A stretch of 64,000 nt of DNA from an uncultured Armatimonadetes bacterium. GTDB taxonomy: Bacteria; Armatimonadota; Hebobacteria; Hebobacterales; Hebobacteraceae. The position numbers and the translations under genes are program-made. Below the pieces are notes generated by a model. The model was not told the DNA's origin. It made no database searches and saw nothing but the letters and a program-made list of their open reading frames with translations. This document shows positions 39,601 through 49,881 of this stretch, piece after piece. Each line of letters opens with the position of its first letter. The first letter of the stretch is position 1. The stretch spans positions 128,001-192,000 of the forward strand of contig OY970296.1 in assembly GCA_963716175.1 (NCBI GenBank), written 5' to 3'.

Positions 39601-40839
39601 TCCAGGAGCGGTCTCCAGGCGGCTGACGCGCTTGAGTGGGTAGTCCGCGTCGAACACGCCAATCTGGTCCAGGCGGAACCGGATCGGCTCGTCCGGGATG
39701 CCGGTTGACGTGTTCATGACCTCGTAGGGAAGCCTGTGCTCGGTCACGTCAACCAGGTGGATGGCGTCGAACCAAGCGCGTCCGCTGGCGCGCAGCAGGC
39801 CGCACTTCACCATGACGAGGGCACCCTCGTCCGGACAGGTGAACTCGAAGCCGCGCGTCCACGGGTGATGCACATCGCGCCACCCGTCGCCGCCTTTGAG
39901 CTGACACGCGTCCTGGGCCCAGAGAAGGCGGCCGTCTGCGGTGTGGACCTCTGCCGCCACGAAGGCGTAGGCGCCGCTCACCTGTGAGGTCTTCACCTTC
40001 CCCCTGAGCCGGTAGGTGTGTCCTGGCACTATGGGGAGGTGTAGATACCAGGTGCGCTGGCCGATCTTGCCCATCCGGAGTTCCTCCGGGCTCACCCCTA
40101 CTTCCGCGCACCGCGCGCCCTGCACCGCGCCGCGCTCTGTGACCATGCATTTGTCATCGTCGCGATGCCACCGGCCGTCATCGGTCTGCCCGCCGACAGG
40201 GGCCTGGGCGGCCTGTTCGAACCCGCCGTCGGGCAACAGATTGCTTTCCCAGGACAGGGCGCGCTTGCGCTCCTGCTCGCGTGCGGCCAGCCAGGAGCGC
40301 CACTCCCGGCCCTCCCGCGTCAGCAGATTGTCGAATGCATAACCCCCCAGGCTCACGAAGTCGCCCCCGTCGTGGAGGAACTCTACGAAGGAGGCCCGCG
40401 CAGCTTCCGGAAAACTGGCCCCGTAGGGCAGGATCAGCAGATCCACCTTCCCCACGTTCAGTCTGGCGGGATTGGCCAGCTCGTCAGCGGATAGGAAGCA
40501 CGTCTCTACCCCAGCCTCTCCCAGCAGCCGGGCGATCTCCTCAGGATCTGAGGCCGCGCCTATGACAGGGAGCCGCGCCTCGCGGAAGATCGCCACCTGC
40601 TCGCCGCGCTCCATGCTGTGGGAACCCACCTCGGTCACCTCCTCGTAGCACTGCGCTTGGCTGCCTTGCACCAGAGTCCACCTGTCAAAGTCCGCTACGC
40701 CTTCGGTTCGGCAGCACCCAAGCCGAGGCGAGGTAGGGTTTCTGGCCCAACCGGCGTTCGTCGGTTGAAACGAGGCGGCACTCGCGTGAGGAAGAGCACC
40801 GAGTGCCGCCACTAGCCCCAATAACCACGGTATTCTCAC
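36613..40839 (-). CDS. Large secreted multidomain glycoside hydrolase-like protein (CBM4/9-like, GH42-like barrel and trimerisation domain)
   Basis: Signal peptide; NLLPDGGFE...AWFDAIHL CBM-like module; WNQWLLARYRSAEGLAQAWG; SLGEYG; HRLGKGQVIY. Confidence 0.65.
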   Translation of the reverse strand: MRIPWLLGLVAALGALPHASAASFQPTNAGWARNPTSPRLGCCRTEGVADFDRWTLVQGSQAQCYEEVTEVGSHSMERGEQVAIFREARLPVIGAASDPEEIARLLGEAGVETCFLSADELANPARLNVGKVDLLILPYGASFPEAARASFVEFLHDGGDFVSLGGYAFDNLLTREGREWRSWLAAREQERKRALSWESNLLPDGGFEQAAQAPVGGQTDDGRWHRDDDKCMVTERGAVQGARCAEVGVSPEELRMGKIGQRTWYLHLPIVPGHTYRLRGKVKTSQVSGAYAFVAAEVHTADGRLLWAQDACQLKGGDGWRDVHHPWTRGFEFTCPDEGALVMVKCGLLRASGRAWFDAIHLVDVTEHRLPYEVMNTSTGIPDEPIRFRLDQIGVFDADYPLKRVSRLETAPGQGPFEGFGFEGAVQGWAATGIIGNDNSRWVPLLLGYDRYRRLRGPVGAIMYNYAGYYAGSTWAYFGVTNLDLLSLPGFPQGFVRLVKHMLRGVSLGFPRPQYHYYTPGESVKVELAVRNFGWRSFQGEVQAVLASPNGEQSVCQTSGIGLDAGGHTEARFELPLQTDRGGVFTLRFRLISGGEQVDLAEKGIVVADRQLRHAAAPLKARGNYLQCGDRSLFLFGSDSYASDYRPPSTGPDRWLQYLSAARDYGVNLNENLQYNHPDQKLTEADRRAFTAMGEVSQQLNLVFMPGLHVGANVAISQQALEAQGRWCSDYAKELGDLPALIWYPNGDFSLDYRDTPALTKLWNQWLLARYRSAEGLAQAWGERQVYGEFGNLSFPPPNSGAWDDPREVDRQAFNVYLMNRWVAHSIASLRQHDPAHPIISEYYHLPNNNNIDARLAIDGHDLHGAEAFDSPGSDIETLPWTLRYNDLRYRGKGVSLGEYGALTHPAFELDNGAEYYHVRRSQEQLQQLFMAAAAYGLGLGAYKIQTWCLHDDDTRAFPWGLFYPNLPVPKDVAVWHRNLSLMWRFFAPKYEPARLSLLLGDCLRLGNNGPGPATFWLFEPVVNCEASYRWRAIEALMGLHYDFNVVDDWHLDELPEATRVMLYSCPLAVREEDYGRLVTWVEHGGTLILTGHVNYDLLRHPVGGGRLAKLAGVEVVHQLMEGVARDLTPARRVQAPDGAAYTVRPAVQVRPRKAQVLLACEDGTPLVLRHRLGKGQVIYVTDAPELSNDQEDRKLLRWLYSYALHAAEAAPGPLAVTPNQPDIHVMAQATEAGGTVHVVFPAAKREGCLTVRVPTAAGSVSLRQGYRYPALAAVAPGGRLVSILTGGCSEVDGVPVLEGDAMAGVLSLDGADIRGSEALLIAPFAAGRLSLLTQRKWQDPVVCFGAFQDGDWRRFEVVAPSRADRIDLVFDADRATALALVCERDMVDQMERRLSLALTHPELLTAY

Positions 40840-40980
40840 TGAAGCCCCATTCCGGGGTTCAGACCCAAGCGCCCGAGGGCCCTCCTCTGGTCCGGATGGA
40901 GGGGCCTGGTCCGGCTTGGCCTGCTCGCCCTGCTGACCGCGGCCGCGGGTGGGACTGGAGCGCGGACTGGCCGGGCGAGG

Positions 40981-41992
40981 CTACTGGAAGCCGAATACGT
41001 AACCGGCGCCGCGGAGCTTCCCGCCGCTTGGGTCCCAGGACCGCGGGGCGTTGGCGATGATGGCATCGGCCGCCATCCAGGCCGCGTGGCCATCCCCGAA
41101 GCCCAGGTTGCTGCCGCCCATGTGCCTGGTGAACGGCTTGCGGGTGGTGCTGTCGGTCCACCAGCTCCCGTTCAGCTTGGCCTCCTCGGCGACGCCACAG
41201 CTCTCGCCCTCCTCGCAGGTGGCCGCGCAGCACCCCGGCTCGCCGCCGCAATCGGGAAAGCACCTTTCTGGGAAGGCGATCAGACTGACCATCCAGACAT
41301 CAACCTGGGCCCCGCCGTCGCCGCACACCACAAACCAGGCGGGATCGTCAATCTGGGAGGTCTTCAGGTCATAGTTGGTGGTGGTGGCGATGCTCTGGTC
41401 GAAGGCCCCCGTCTCCCCTCCCGACTGCTTCTGCTGCCCGATGGAGTCGGTGACCGAGCCGCCCCAGCCAGGCGGCCAGGCGAAGCAGCAGGGGCCGCCA
41501 GGGCAGGTGGTGCTGGCCCCTGGGCCCCATTGGCCCTGAGTGGACACCAGGTACCCGAACCAGTCGGGGCCCGGGACGATCCAGCGCGTACCGTGAGTCA
41601 TTTCGCGCGCTTGGGCACCGCCACACATCCCGGTTTTTCACATACTCGTCCAGGATCACCGGCCAGCCCAGATATGGGTTGGGATGGGCGAGATTGTCCT
41701 GAAGGCAGCCGACGACAACCTCCGGCGGCGTGCCGCTCCCTGGTCCGGTGTCGAAGTAGGCGAGCACCTCGGCACGGTGCTCGCTGGGCGGGAAGGCGTC
41801 GTAGTCGCCAAGGTACAACTGCAGCGCCATGGCGATGTTCTTCACATTGGACAGGCACTGAATCTTGCGGGCCAACTCGCGCGCCCGCGCGAACACGGGA
41901 AACAGCATTGCCGCCAGGATCGCGATAATAGCGATCACCACCAGCAGCTCGATGAGGGTGAACCCCAATCTGCTTCGGCCTCGAGACATCAT
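40981..41992 (-). CDS. Prepilin-type DUF1559-like H-X9-DG protein, copy 2; +1 frameshift near 41602
   Basis: [26 protein letters not shown] in ORF 41369..42016; [11 protein letters not shown] and [15 protein letters not shown] in ORF 40981..41628. Removing one A gives CPSARMTHGTRW. Confidence 0.88.
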
Positions 41993-42240
41993 CTTGGGCC
42001 TCCTGTCTCTCTCCAAGCATCACCGTCTGTCAGTTCGGACAACAGGACAAGGCACGAGGGGGAGTGATCGGGCTTTCCTTCACCTCCTCTCATTCGAAGC
42101 GGGCGTGCCCAGGCTTGATCGCCCACAGATGTGAGTATAGCCGGAACCCGCCCAGGAATCATTGCCAAAGCGCCCCTGTTAACCGCCCGTGGAACCGGCA
42201 TGAACGGCTTCCAGGCTCGTGCGGTGAATCCTTGTCCTCT

Positions 42241-42344
42241 CTAATGATGTTCGCACAACGAAGTACTGTGCGAACATCGCCCTGTGCCTGTCTGGGCCGC
42301 TTCTTGAGCTTCGCCGTGTTACTTCGTTCGGCGAAGCTCCTTAG
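42241..42344 (-). repeat. MITE/REPIN-like element, family A copy 2 (inverted)
   Basis: Reverse complement of 33776..33879 with 4 substitutions, all outside the stems. Confidence 0.9.
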
Positions 42345-42500
42345 ATGTGACGCGACTCCCAAGATAGGCCATTCTTGTAACTTCAAGATGAGACAGGCCA
42401 GCAGGCGAGTCTTGGGTGGGCCATGGGAGCGAAGAACCGCAGGCTGACGGAAGCCCAACCTGTCCCTGGCCATGCCACTGGCGAACCCGGTGACGATGGG

Positions 42501-43544
42501 TCACTTGGCAGGAGGGATGAGCGCGTCGCGAAGGGGCTCTACCCACTTGCCTGCGTCGATATTGTAGACGACAAAGTCGTCGTCGAATTGCCAGTAGGCC
42601 CAGCTCCAGCCGTGCGACTCGGCCAGCCGGGCGACGAACGAGGTCCACCGCACGCGCGAATCCATGTCGGCCCGGTCATAGGCGCCGAACTCACCCAAGA
42701 AAACCGGTCTCTTGTGCTGCTTCGCCCACTCCTGCGCGGCCAGGAAATCGTGCTCGATCGCGCTCCGCTCGGACTCCGTCGCGTTCCACTCGTAGCCGAC
42801 GTCTTCCCCGCGGCCTTCAAAGGCCGCCCCCTGGTGGGTGAAAGTGAAGGGCTCGTAGTAGTGAACCGTGACGATGATGTCGCGATCATCCTCCGGCAGG
42901 ATGAACTCCCCCAGCTTCTTGATCGAGTTCCACTCGCCGGGCCCGATGATGACCGTCCGCCGCGGGTTCGACTCGCGTACGATGGCCAACGCCTCGACGA
43001 GATAGGGGTTCCACATCTCCGGCGTCAGGGCACGGTTGGGCTCGTTCAGCAACTCGAACAGGACCGTGTCAGGCGCGCTGGAATAACGCTTGGCCATCTG
43101 TCGCCAGAAAGCCAACCACTTCGGCTTCAGCCCCTCTGGATCCCGCGCCATGGCGTTGTACTCGTGGCAATCGAGGATCACCATCAGGCTGTTGGCCAGG
43201 GCGCGCTCCAGCGCCCAGTCGAGCATCGCGAACCATCCCCCCTCCACCCGGTAGCCCTCCCCGGCGTCGGCCATGCGCTCGAAGGGGTGCAGCGCGATGC
43301 GCACGTGCGAGAAGCCCGCCTGCCTGATCAGCCGGAAGTGCTCGTCCTGCATCCTGCGCTGGTCCGGAGCCGACCATCCTGGGTCATACCCGAAGACGTT
43401 CACGCCTCGTCCCAACCGTTCGTTCTGAGCGAAGACGTCCATCTCTCTCCCCCGCGGTCCGAGTGGCTGTCCGCCTCTCCCTGTCTCGCTACAAGCGGCA
43501 AGCATAGCACAGAGCGCGAGCGCTGTCCATCGAGTCGCCTTCAT
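42501..43544 (-). CDS. GH5 endoglucanase-like lipoprotein
   Basis: Lipobox LAAC; LGRGVN, FSHVRI, ELLNEP (acid/base), VHYYEP, FLGEFG (nucleophile), WAYWQF. Confidence 0.9.
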   Translation of the reverse strand: MKATRWTALALCAMLAACSETGRGGQPLGPRGREMDVFAQNERLGRGVNVFGYDPGWSAPDQRRMQDEHFRLIRQAGFSHVRIALHPFERMADAGEGYRVEGGWFAMLDWALERALANSLMVILDCHEYNAMARDPEGLKPKWLAFWRQMAKRYSSAPDTVLFELLNEPNRALTPEMWNPYLVEALAIVRESNPRRTVIIGPGEWNSIKKLGEFILPEDDRDIIVTVHYYEPFTFTHQGAAFEGRGEDVGYEWNATESERSAIEHDFLAAQEWAKQHKRPVFLGEFGAYDRADMDSRVRWTSFVARLAESHGWSWAYWQFDDDFVVYNIDAGKWVEPLRDALIPPAK

Positions 43545-43817
43545 CTTCGACTCCCTCGCCTACTCGCCGAGCGCGTTCTGGTAGAGCCTGCGTGTGTTAA
43601 GTGGCCTTGGGACACTTGCGGAACCGGTGCTGCCCAATAACTCATTGACGCGCCCCGGGAGGGATGAGCGCCGGTTCGACGATGGGGTGATGGATCACGA
43701 AGGGGAGCGACTCGGCCCTGTCGCCAGGGGCAATGGTGACGATCAGAGGGCCTGAGCGCGCGAGTGAGGGCGCCGGTAGCGATGCATGCCCCGGCGTTCC
43801 CGGGTGACCTTCCCGCG

Positions 43818-45779
43818 CTACTGGCCCAGTAGCGCGTGCGATAACACCGTCCCAGCTACACTGACGCAGGCATCGCCCACGATCAAGCCCAGGAAGAACG
43901 GGAGCGCCCGCTGGTGCGCACGGAGGCCCCCGTATCTCAGGAGCGACGCCTTGATCACCCAGGTAAGGGTGATCGCTGGCAGCAGCGCATCGACGGCCCA
44001 GCTGAAGGCCAGTGGAAATGCCATGGGGTGAAGTGGGAAGATTGGGATTCGCAGTTTCAGGTTCATCAGTGCCAGTGCGATCACCGCGCCGATGCCGATG
44101 CCGATGGTGCCGCTCCAGTTGGGCCCACCGGGGTCGCGCAACCAGGTGGCGAGCTTGTTCGACATGTCACTGCAGATGGCGAGCAGGTCGGCTGGGCTCT
44201 TCGCGGCCATGCCGAACTGGTAGCCGATATGCACGCTGGCCCAGAAGTAGCATAGCATGATGAGGGGGACCGCGAGCATGATGGCCCAGGTGAAGTGGCT
44301 CGCCCTTACCACACCGCGCTCGGCGATGCGCAGTCCTTCGAGTTGGATCGGCGCAGGGTTTGCCTCCTGCTCGAACATGAAGGGGCGCAGTATTGCGATC
44401 ATCCCAAGTCCGCGCGGCCCGATGGCGCGCGTCCCAGGGAACTGGGTGAGCACGAACTCCGGCATGGTGCCGAACATCCAGTGCGCCGGCGGCCCGATCT
44501 GGGCGCGCATGCGCACGATCGCCATGATCATGGTGAAGTGAAGGAAGAGAAACGCGGCAGTGATGGGCGCCGCCATGCCAGCACGACCGTAGCACCACCA
44601 GAGAAAGCCAAGCCCGGCGACCAAGCCCAGGAGCGCGGTCCGATAGCTGAACCCTTCCTCACGGTCATCGAGCGAGGATCGCAATCCCAGCGCTCTCCGG
44701 ACCACCTGCGCCAAGTAGCGCCGATCCAGCCAAGCGACCGAGGCCATCAGGGCGAGATAGGCGCCGACGTTCTGCTGGTCGCCGTAGGGGAAGCCGCCCC
44801 AGGGGCTGACGAGCCACCCTCCCATGCGGCTGAGCATGTACTCCGCTTTCCAGAACAGGTTGAAGACGATGAGGGAAAAGGCGAAATCGAGCGGCATGAG
44901 GTAGCACAACCCGATCGACCATGGTCCCCAGTATAGCTCGACTCCCCGGATGGCATCCCACGGTGGGTTGTTGGAAAGAAGGTTCTCTATCTCGACGGCC
45001 GTCGGGATGACCGGAGCCGCCGGGACAAACGCGTGCAGAATGCCGAGGGTGCCGATCCCGGCCGAGATACCGATTCCCAGCCACCAGAGGCGGTCTCGGA
45101 ACAGCCTCCCGCTCGGGTCGGTCAGATGGAGAGGCACGGTGGTCATGGGGAAGGCGAGCTTCTCCTCGCCCGACCAGCGGCGGCGGACGATAACGCTCAG
45201 GCAGAGCGTGACCCACAGCGTTGCCGAAACCCACCCCGTCCACCAGAGCGCGGGCATCAGCCACGCGCGCAGCACCTCCAACCGGTAGGCGGTACTGCCG
45301 CCAAGGACGAACCCCTCCAGCGCGGCGCGGTCTGTCACCACCATTCCGGGTGGCAGGTTCGGCCACATCATCTCCGCCCAGCCGTTGCCCGGTGTCGCCG
45401 CCCAAATCGGGTAGGTGATGGCCGCGGGGAGTGAACCGCCCCACTGCCAGATCCCCCCGGTGATGCTCATGCAGGTGGCGAGAACGAGGTAGATGGTGAT
45501 CAGCTCTCCAGCGGAGAACGCCCATGCGGGCTTCCAGCGCCGGAGGAGAGCGTTGGCCGCCGTGAAGGCAGCGAGCATACCCACCGCGAAGCTGTTCAGA
45601 GACTGCGCCGCGCCGTTACCGCCCTCTATCCAGTCGCCCCAGACCGCGAACAGCGTCACTGCCGGCACCAGCAGCACCACCGCGACGACTGCCCGCAAGC
45701 GGAGAGGAGGGCGCCGGTCGGCCGCAGCAACCAGCCTGGGTGGCGTGCGCTCACCCGTGTCGGGCGAGACAGGCCTCAA
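43818..45779 (-). CDS. DUF6785/DUF6784-type membrane protein, copy 3
   Basis: RRRWSGEEKLAFPM, GFPYGDQQ, FPLHPMA, RYGGLRAH. Confidence 0.82.
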   Translation of the reverse strand: MRPVSPDTGERTPPRLVAAADRRPPLRLRAVVAVVLLVPAVTLFAVWGDWIEGGNGAAQSLNSFAVGMLAAFTAANALLRRWKPAWAFSAGELITIYLVLATCMSITGGIWQWGGSLPAAITYPIWAATPGNGWAEMMWPNLPPGMVVTDRAALEGFVLGGSTAYRLEVLRAWLMPALWWTGWVSATLWVTLCLSVIVRRRWSGEEKLAFPMTTVPLHLTDPSGRLFRDRLWWLGIGISAGIGTLGILHAFVPAAPVIPTAVEIENLLSNNPPWDAIRGVELYWGPWSIGLCYLMPLDFAFSLIVFNLFWKAEYMLSRMGGWLVSPWGGFPYGDQQNVGAYLALMASVAWLDRRYLAQVVRRALGLRSSLDDREEGFSYRTALLGLVAGLGFLWWCYGRAGMAAPITAAFLFLHFTMIMAIVRMRAQIGPPAHWMFGTMPEFVLTQFPGTRAIGPRGLGMIAILRPFMFEQEANPAPIQLEGLRIAERGVVRASHFTWAIMLAVPLIMLCYFWASVHIGYQFGMAAKSPADLLAICSDMSNKLATWLRDPGGPNWSGTIGIGIGAVIALALMNLKLRIPIFPLHPMAFPLAFSWAVDALLPAITLTWVIKASLLRYGGLRAHQRALPFFLGLIVGDACVSVAGTVLSHALLGQ

Positions 45780-45846
45780 CGTAATGGTTCCTCCCCTGTA
45801 ACAGGGACGCGTCGCCGGCGAGAGTTGCCGCTGGCAGTGCGCCGGC

Positions 45847-46908
45847 CTACTCCAGTGGCTCGGCCTGCAGCTCCCGCCCCTCCCGCACCGCCTGCTGGCA
45901 CAGCAGGGTCAGGTAGTGGTCCTGGCAGGCCTCGGCGAGGGGATAGAACTCCCGGCTCGTGCGCACGTACTCGTCCATCCTCACCAAACAGGCGGCGATC
46001 GCGATCTCGTCGTCGGAGAGAGGCGCAGGTGCGAAGGGGTTAGTGTAGAGCCACTCGCCTCCTGCCTGGATGCCCCTCAGGTAGAAGCCCTCGAGGTTGC
46101 CGTTGGCGCCGGTGGTGTCTCGGCGAAGGTCGAGCGCGATGGGGGTGTGGAAGTCCTTGAGATAGTAGACCGTGTCATTGACGATCTCACCTCGCTCGCC
46201 CCGGATCAGCACGCGGCGGCTGCGGATCCAGCCGAAGTACTGATCGCCGGTGAAGTCGAGAAGACCGAGGCGGTCACCCCAATCGAAGAAGACGATATCC
46301 TGCTCCGAGTCTCTGATCTGCTCCTGGGCGGGCGGGCCCTGCCGCCCGGCCCCGGCAACGATGGGCGCGGCGAAACGTCTGCCGCTGATCTTGGGCATCT
46401 CGAATCCAATGCCCAGGAATCTCCGGATCAAACTGATCCCGTGATAGCCGTGGGCCACTGAGATTTGCGCCTGAGTCGGCCGTCCCAACAGTCCCTGCTC
46501 AATCACCGCCGAGCAGGCCTGATGGTGGGGCTGGGCCCAGTATTGCTCCGCGACCTGGATCTTCGCGCCCTTCCGTGTCAGGGCAGTGACCTCTCGGAGC
46601 TGCTCCAGATCGGGCGCAGGCGGGGTCTCCGAGAGGATGGGCATCCCTCGCTGGGAGAGCTCCTTCAGCAGCACGGGATTGCTTGTCCAGCTCACGGAGG
46701 TTACCACAAACGACGGCGATGTCTTGAGCAGTTCCTCGCTGTCCGCGCACACGCGCACCCCCCAGGCCTGCTCTAGGGGCCCGCGCTTCTCGGGGTTGCG
46801 CACGACTACACCGGTGATGCGGAAACGCGCGGGCAAGGCCCGGGCGATGCGCAGGTAGAACTCGGTGCGCCATCCCGCTCCGACGATGCCGAATTCGATC
46901 GGTCTCAC
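45847..46908 (-). CDS. Gfo/Idh/MocA family oxidoreductase
   Basis: FGIVGAGWR Rossmann motif, ILSETPP, QVAEQY, HGYHG. Confidence 0.85.
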   Translation of the reverse strand: MRPIEFGIVGAGWRTEFYLRIARALPARFRITGVVVRNPEKRGPLEQAWGVRVCADSEELLKTSPSFVVTSVSWTSNPVLLKELSQRGMPILSETPPAPDLEQLREVTALTRKGAKIQVAEQYWAQPHHQACSAVIEQGLLGRPTQAQISVAHGYHGISLIRRFLGIGFEMPKISGRRFAAPIVAGAGRQGPPAQEQIRDSEQDIVFFDWGDRLGLLDFTGDQYFGWIRSRRVLIRGERGEIVNDTVYYLKDFHTPIALDLRRDTTGANGNLEGFYLRGIQAGGEWLYTNPFAPAPLSDDEIAIAACLVRMDEYVRTSREFYPLAEACQDHYLTLLCQQAVREGRELQAEPLE

Positions 46909-46920
46909 GTCTGCCCTCCA

Positions 46921-47988
46921 TCAACGCAGCTTCGGAAGATTCCGCCCATCACGGCCGCCGCCCCTTCCAGAATACGGCTTGCCCGGCTCCCAGTTGTTCG
47001 CCGCGGGCGGGGTGAAGCGTGCCAGCGGCAGCTCCACTTGGCACTGGTGCTTGCAGGACAGGTAGGCCGCCTCACACATCTCCAGGGCAGCCAGCGAGCT
47101 CTCCGGGATGGCATAGTCGGTGCTCCCCTCATCCATCTGTCGGGCCATCGCCTCCAGATGATCCCGGTGCCCCTTCCCGGCCGGCCGAACATCAACCTTC
47201 TTGCCTCCCGGGTGCTGCTCGTTCAGGAGCAGGTACGCGCTCTCCCAGGCCCAGAACTCGATCATCCCCTTCGCGCCGACGATGTGGAAGACCGTGTCCT
47301 TGCCCTTTCGCGTTGTGGTGACATAGTCGCCGGTGTTCATCACGAAGCGCACGCCATTGCTCGCCTGCACATAGGTGACGGCAACCGTCTCCACCTGCAT
47401 TCCATCCCGGTAGGTCCGCGATGAGCTGTCACCGGCCGCCATCACTGACTGCGCGGCCACCGCTCCGTTGAGCATATGAGCGTAGTTGAGCCAGTGGATG
47501 CCGGCGTTGATGATGTCCCAGCCGTTACACTGGATCTCGATCAGTACCAGCTCCCCGATCTCTCCGGACCTCACCCGCGCCACGATCTCCCTCGCATGAG
47601 TCGCCACCAGCAGCCCATGCGGCACCGCCATGGGCAGCCCTCGGCTTCGGATCGCACTCAGGATCGCGGCGCCGTCCGCCGTCGTCTGCGCCAGGGGCTT
47701 CTCGACCAAGATCCCCTTCAGGGGAAGCTCCAACGCGGCCTCCGTGATCTCCCTGTGTGACGGCGCCCAAGTGGAGACGCATACGGTATCAGTGGGACAT
47801 TTCCGGAACATCGCCTCATGGCTGTCGAAAACCGCAAGGCCGGGGTAATCTCGCGCCAGCGCCTCGCGGGCGGCGGGGCTGATGTCTGCTACCGCCAGCG
47901 GCTGATAGCAGTCGGAGGCCTGGAGGGCATTGATACTCAGCCGTCCGCCCGCCCCGCCGCCGACCACACTCGCCGTGTACTGCTTCAT
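46921..47988 (-). CDS. Gfo/Idh/MocA family oxidoreductase
   Basis: VVGGGAGG, ILVEKPLA, GEIGEL, NAGIHW. Confidence 0.85.
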   Translation of the reverse strand: MKQYTASVVGGGAGGRLSINALQASDCYQPLAVADISPAAREALARDYPGLAVFDSHEAMFRKCPTDTVCVSTWAPSHREITEAALELPLKGILVEKPLAQTTADGAAILSAIRSRGLPMAVPHGLLVATHAREIVARVRSGEIGELVLIEIQCNGWDIINAGIHWLNYAHMLNGAVAAQSVMAAGDSSSRTYRDGMQVETVAVTYVQASNGVRFVMNTGDYVTTTRKGKDTVFHIVGAKGMIEFWAWESAYLLLNEQHPGGKKVDVRPAGKGHRDHLEAMARQMDEGSTDYAIPESSLAALEMCEAAYLSCKHQCQVELPLARFTPPAANNWEPGKPYSGRGGGRDGRNLPKLR

Positions 47989-48416
47989 GTGACACCTCCA
48001 GGGTCTATGCCCCCTAGAACTCAGAGCCGCCTACAGCAGCCATCGCGGTCACCGACGGCGCGACGACGCTGTGTTTTCCAGACGCGGCCGGCGTTCCTTT
48101 CAGCTTCGGTGCGGCGCCTGGTGCCACTGCAATCGAGTGGGCCGTCCGTCGCATACTTTCACAGTCACCGCAGATTACACCTGGCGCTCACGGCCGAACA
48201 GCTGGTCCATGCCGGTGATAGCAGGCAGCTCCTGGCGAGCGCCAGGCCTACCGTAAGCGGTGATCCGCCACGAGTGCGGCCAGCTTCAGCAGGCCAGCCT
48301 CGAGCCCGCTTGTCGCAAGGAGCTGCGATCCGCAGAGCGAGGTGCCTGGAGCACGGCCAGGCGTGATGTCGCGCCAAGCGCGCGGATAACACCACCGGCG
48401 ACGGAAGTCAGCAGTC

Positions 48417-48444
48417 AGGCGGAGCGCCCGCGGGCGCTCCGCCT
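48417..48444. repeat. 28-bp perfect palindrome (3' stem-loop of pilin copy 3)
   Basis: AGGCGGAGCGCCCGCGGGCGCTCCGCCT, about 35 nt after the stop at 48479; no U-tract. Confidence 0.8.
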
Positions 48445-48478
48445 CTTCGTGCTGGACTGCAGCTGCGGGGCGCGCCTC

Positions 48479-49500
48479 TCAGCACCCGCAATTCGGGTCG
48501 TCACCGGGCTGACAGTACCGGCAAAAGCAACTGTCACAGCAGGCGGTGCCTCGGAGATCGCCGAAGGTGTCCTGCTTGGCCCTCGGCCTCCCCGGGAGTT
48601 CGCGTAGATGGCGTCGGCGGCCATCCAGGCGGCGTGGCCATCCAGGAAACCCATGTTGCTGCCGCCCATGTGACGGGTGTACTGCTTCCTCAGGCTGGGG
48701 TCGCTCCAGAAGCGGACCTGCATCTCGTGGGTTAGCCCGCACTGCTGGGTGGCCGAGCAGTTCACCCAATCCGCGCCACAACTGGCATCGGCCTCGACCT
48801 TGCAGACGTCGGGGAAAGCGAGATCGGAAAGTTTCATCCACTCGGCCCTAACGCCGGCGTCGCCGGTGACGACGAACTTCGCGGCATCCGCCACCGCGCT
48901 GGGCTTGAAATCGCGATAGTAGGAGGCGGTAGTGCCTATGGTTTGCTCGAAGGCGTTGGCCACCGCCTCACTGGGACCTGCCCTCGCAAATCCCGTCCGG
49001 CCTTGCAGGGCGGAATCGGTGACGCTGCCGCCCCATCCCGACGGGAATGTATCGTCGCCTGCGAAGGCGTCACCTGCGCACGTTTCCCCGCCCGATTTCG
49101 CGACCCAGTACCCGAACCAGTCTGAGGCGGGGATGATGGCTCTTGCTCCGTTGGCGGACTTGGCGCTCGGGCAGCGCCAGACATCGCGGTTCTTGACGTA
49201 CTCGTCCAGGACCACCGGCCAGCGCAGGTAGGGGTTCTTGCCGGTGGCGCTGGGCACGCTGCCACAGAAGAAGTCGATCACCTCCTGGCGGTGCTCCTTG
49301 GGCGCCAGCCTGTCGTAGTCTGTCAGATACATCTGGAACGCCATCGCGATGTTCTTCACATTCGACAGGCACTGAATCTTGCGGGCCGACTCCCGCGCTC
49401 GCGCGAACACCGGGAACAGCATGGCAGCAAGGATCGCAATAATCGCGATCACCACTAACAGCTCGATCAGCGTGAATCCGCTGCGTCTTAGCCTTACCAT
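48479..49500 (-). CDS. Prepilin-type DUF1559-like H-X9-DG protein, copy 3; probable -1 frameshift near 48595
   Basis: [12 protein letters not shown]..., [15 protein letters not shown]. Adding one C gives a Cys-rich end ...[27 protein letters not shown], like the ends of copies 1 and 4. Confidence 0.88.
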
Positions 49501-49743
49501 GATGGTTTTGCCTCCTCTCAAGCTAGACCTGCGCACAGCCTCCCGCCGACAACTGCTCTGGCCTGTCTCACCTCCCTTTGCTCACTGGTCTTGCCCAAAT
49601 CCGTTACTCTTGCCTTACTTGCCACTGGCCACTTAGCCAGCCTTTGGTGCCCAGGCGAACTGCCTCCATCCGCTCCTGGCATTGCACCGCATGCAGCAGG
49701 AGGCTTCCGGGCCGCCGCTGACACGACCCCCTGGTGCTTCTTC

Positions 49744-49814
49744 ACTATACTGCTGGCCTCCTCAAAGAGGAATGCAGGATTCGGTTGATCACTTGACCTA
49801 TTCGGTTGTATACT
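49744..49814. promoter_or_regulatory. Divergent promoters with putative AraC operator
   Basis: Minus -10 TATAGT (49749-49744) with weak -35 TTCCTC; GAATGCAGGATTC; ATTCGGTTG direct repeats at 49779 and 49800 (21 bp); plus TTGATC-N18-TATACT. Confidence 0.65.
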
Positions 49815-49881
49815 GGTGGTCAGCATCGGAACGGTAGGAGGCGGCCTCTCACATTTCCGAGGGCCGAGAACGGAGCTTCGG

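Noticed and set aside
48415-48590. C-terminus of ORF 48415..49536 as given in the track
   Set aside because: Low-complexity read-through across a palindrome; the alternative frame gives a Cys-rich end like the paralogs.
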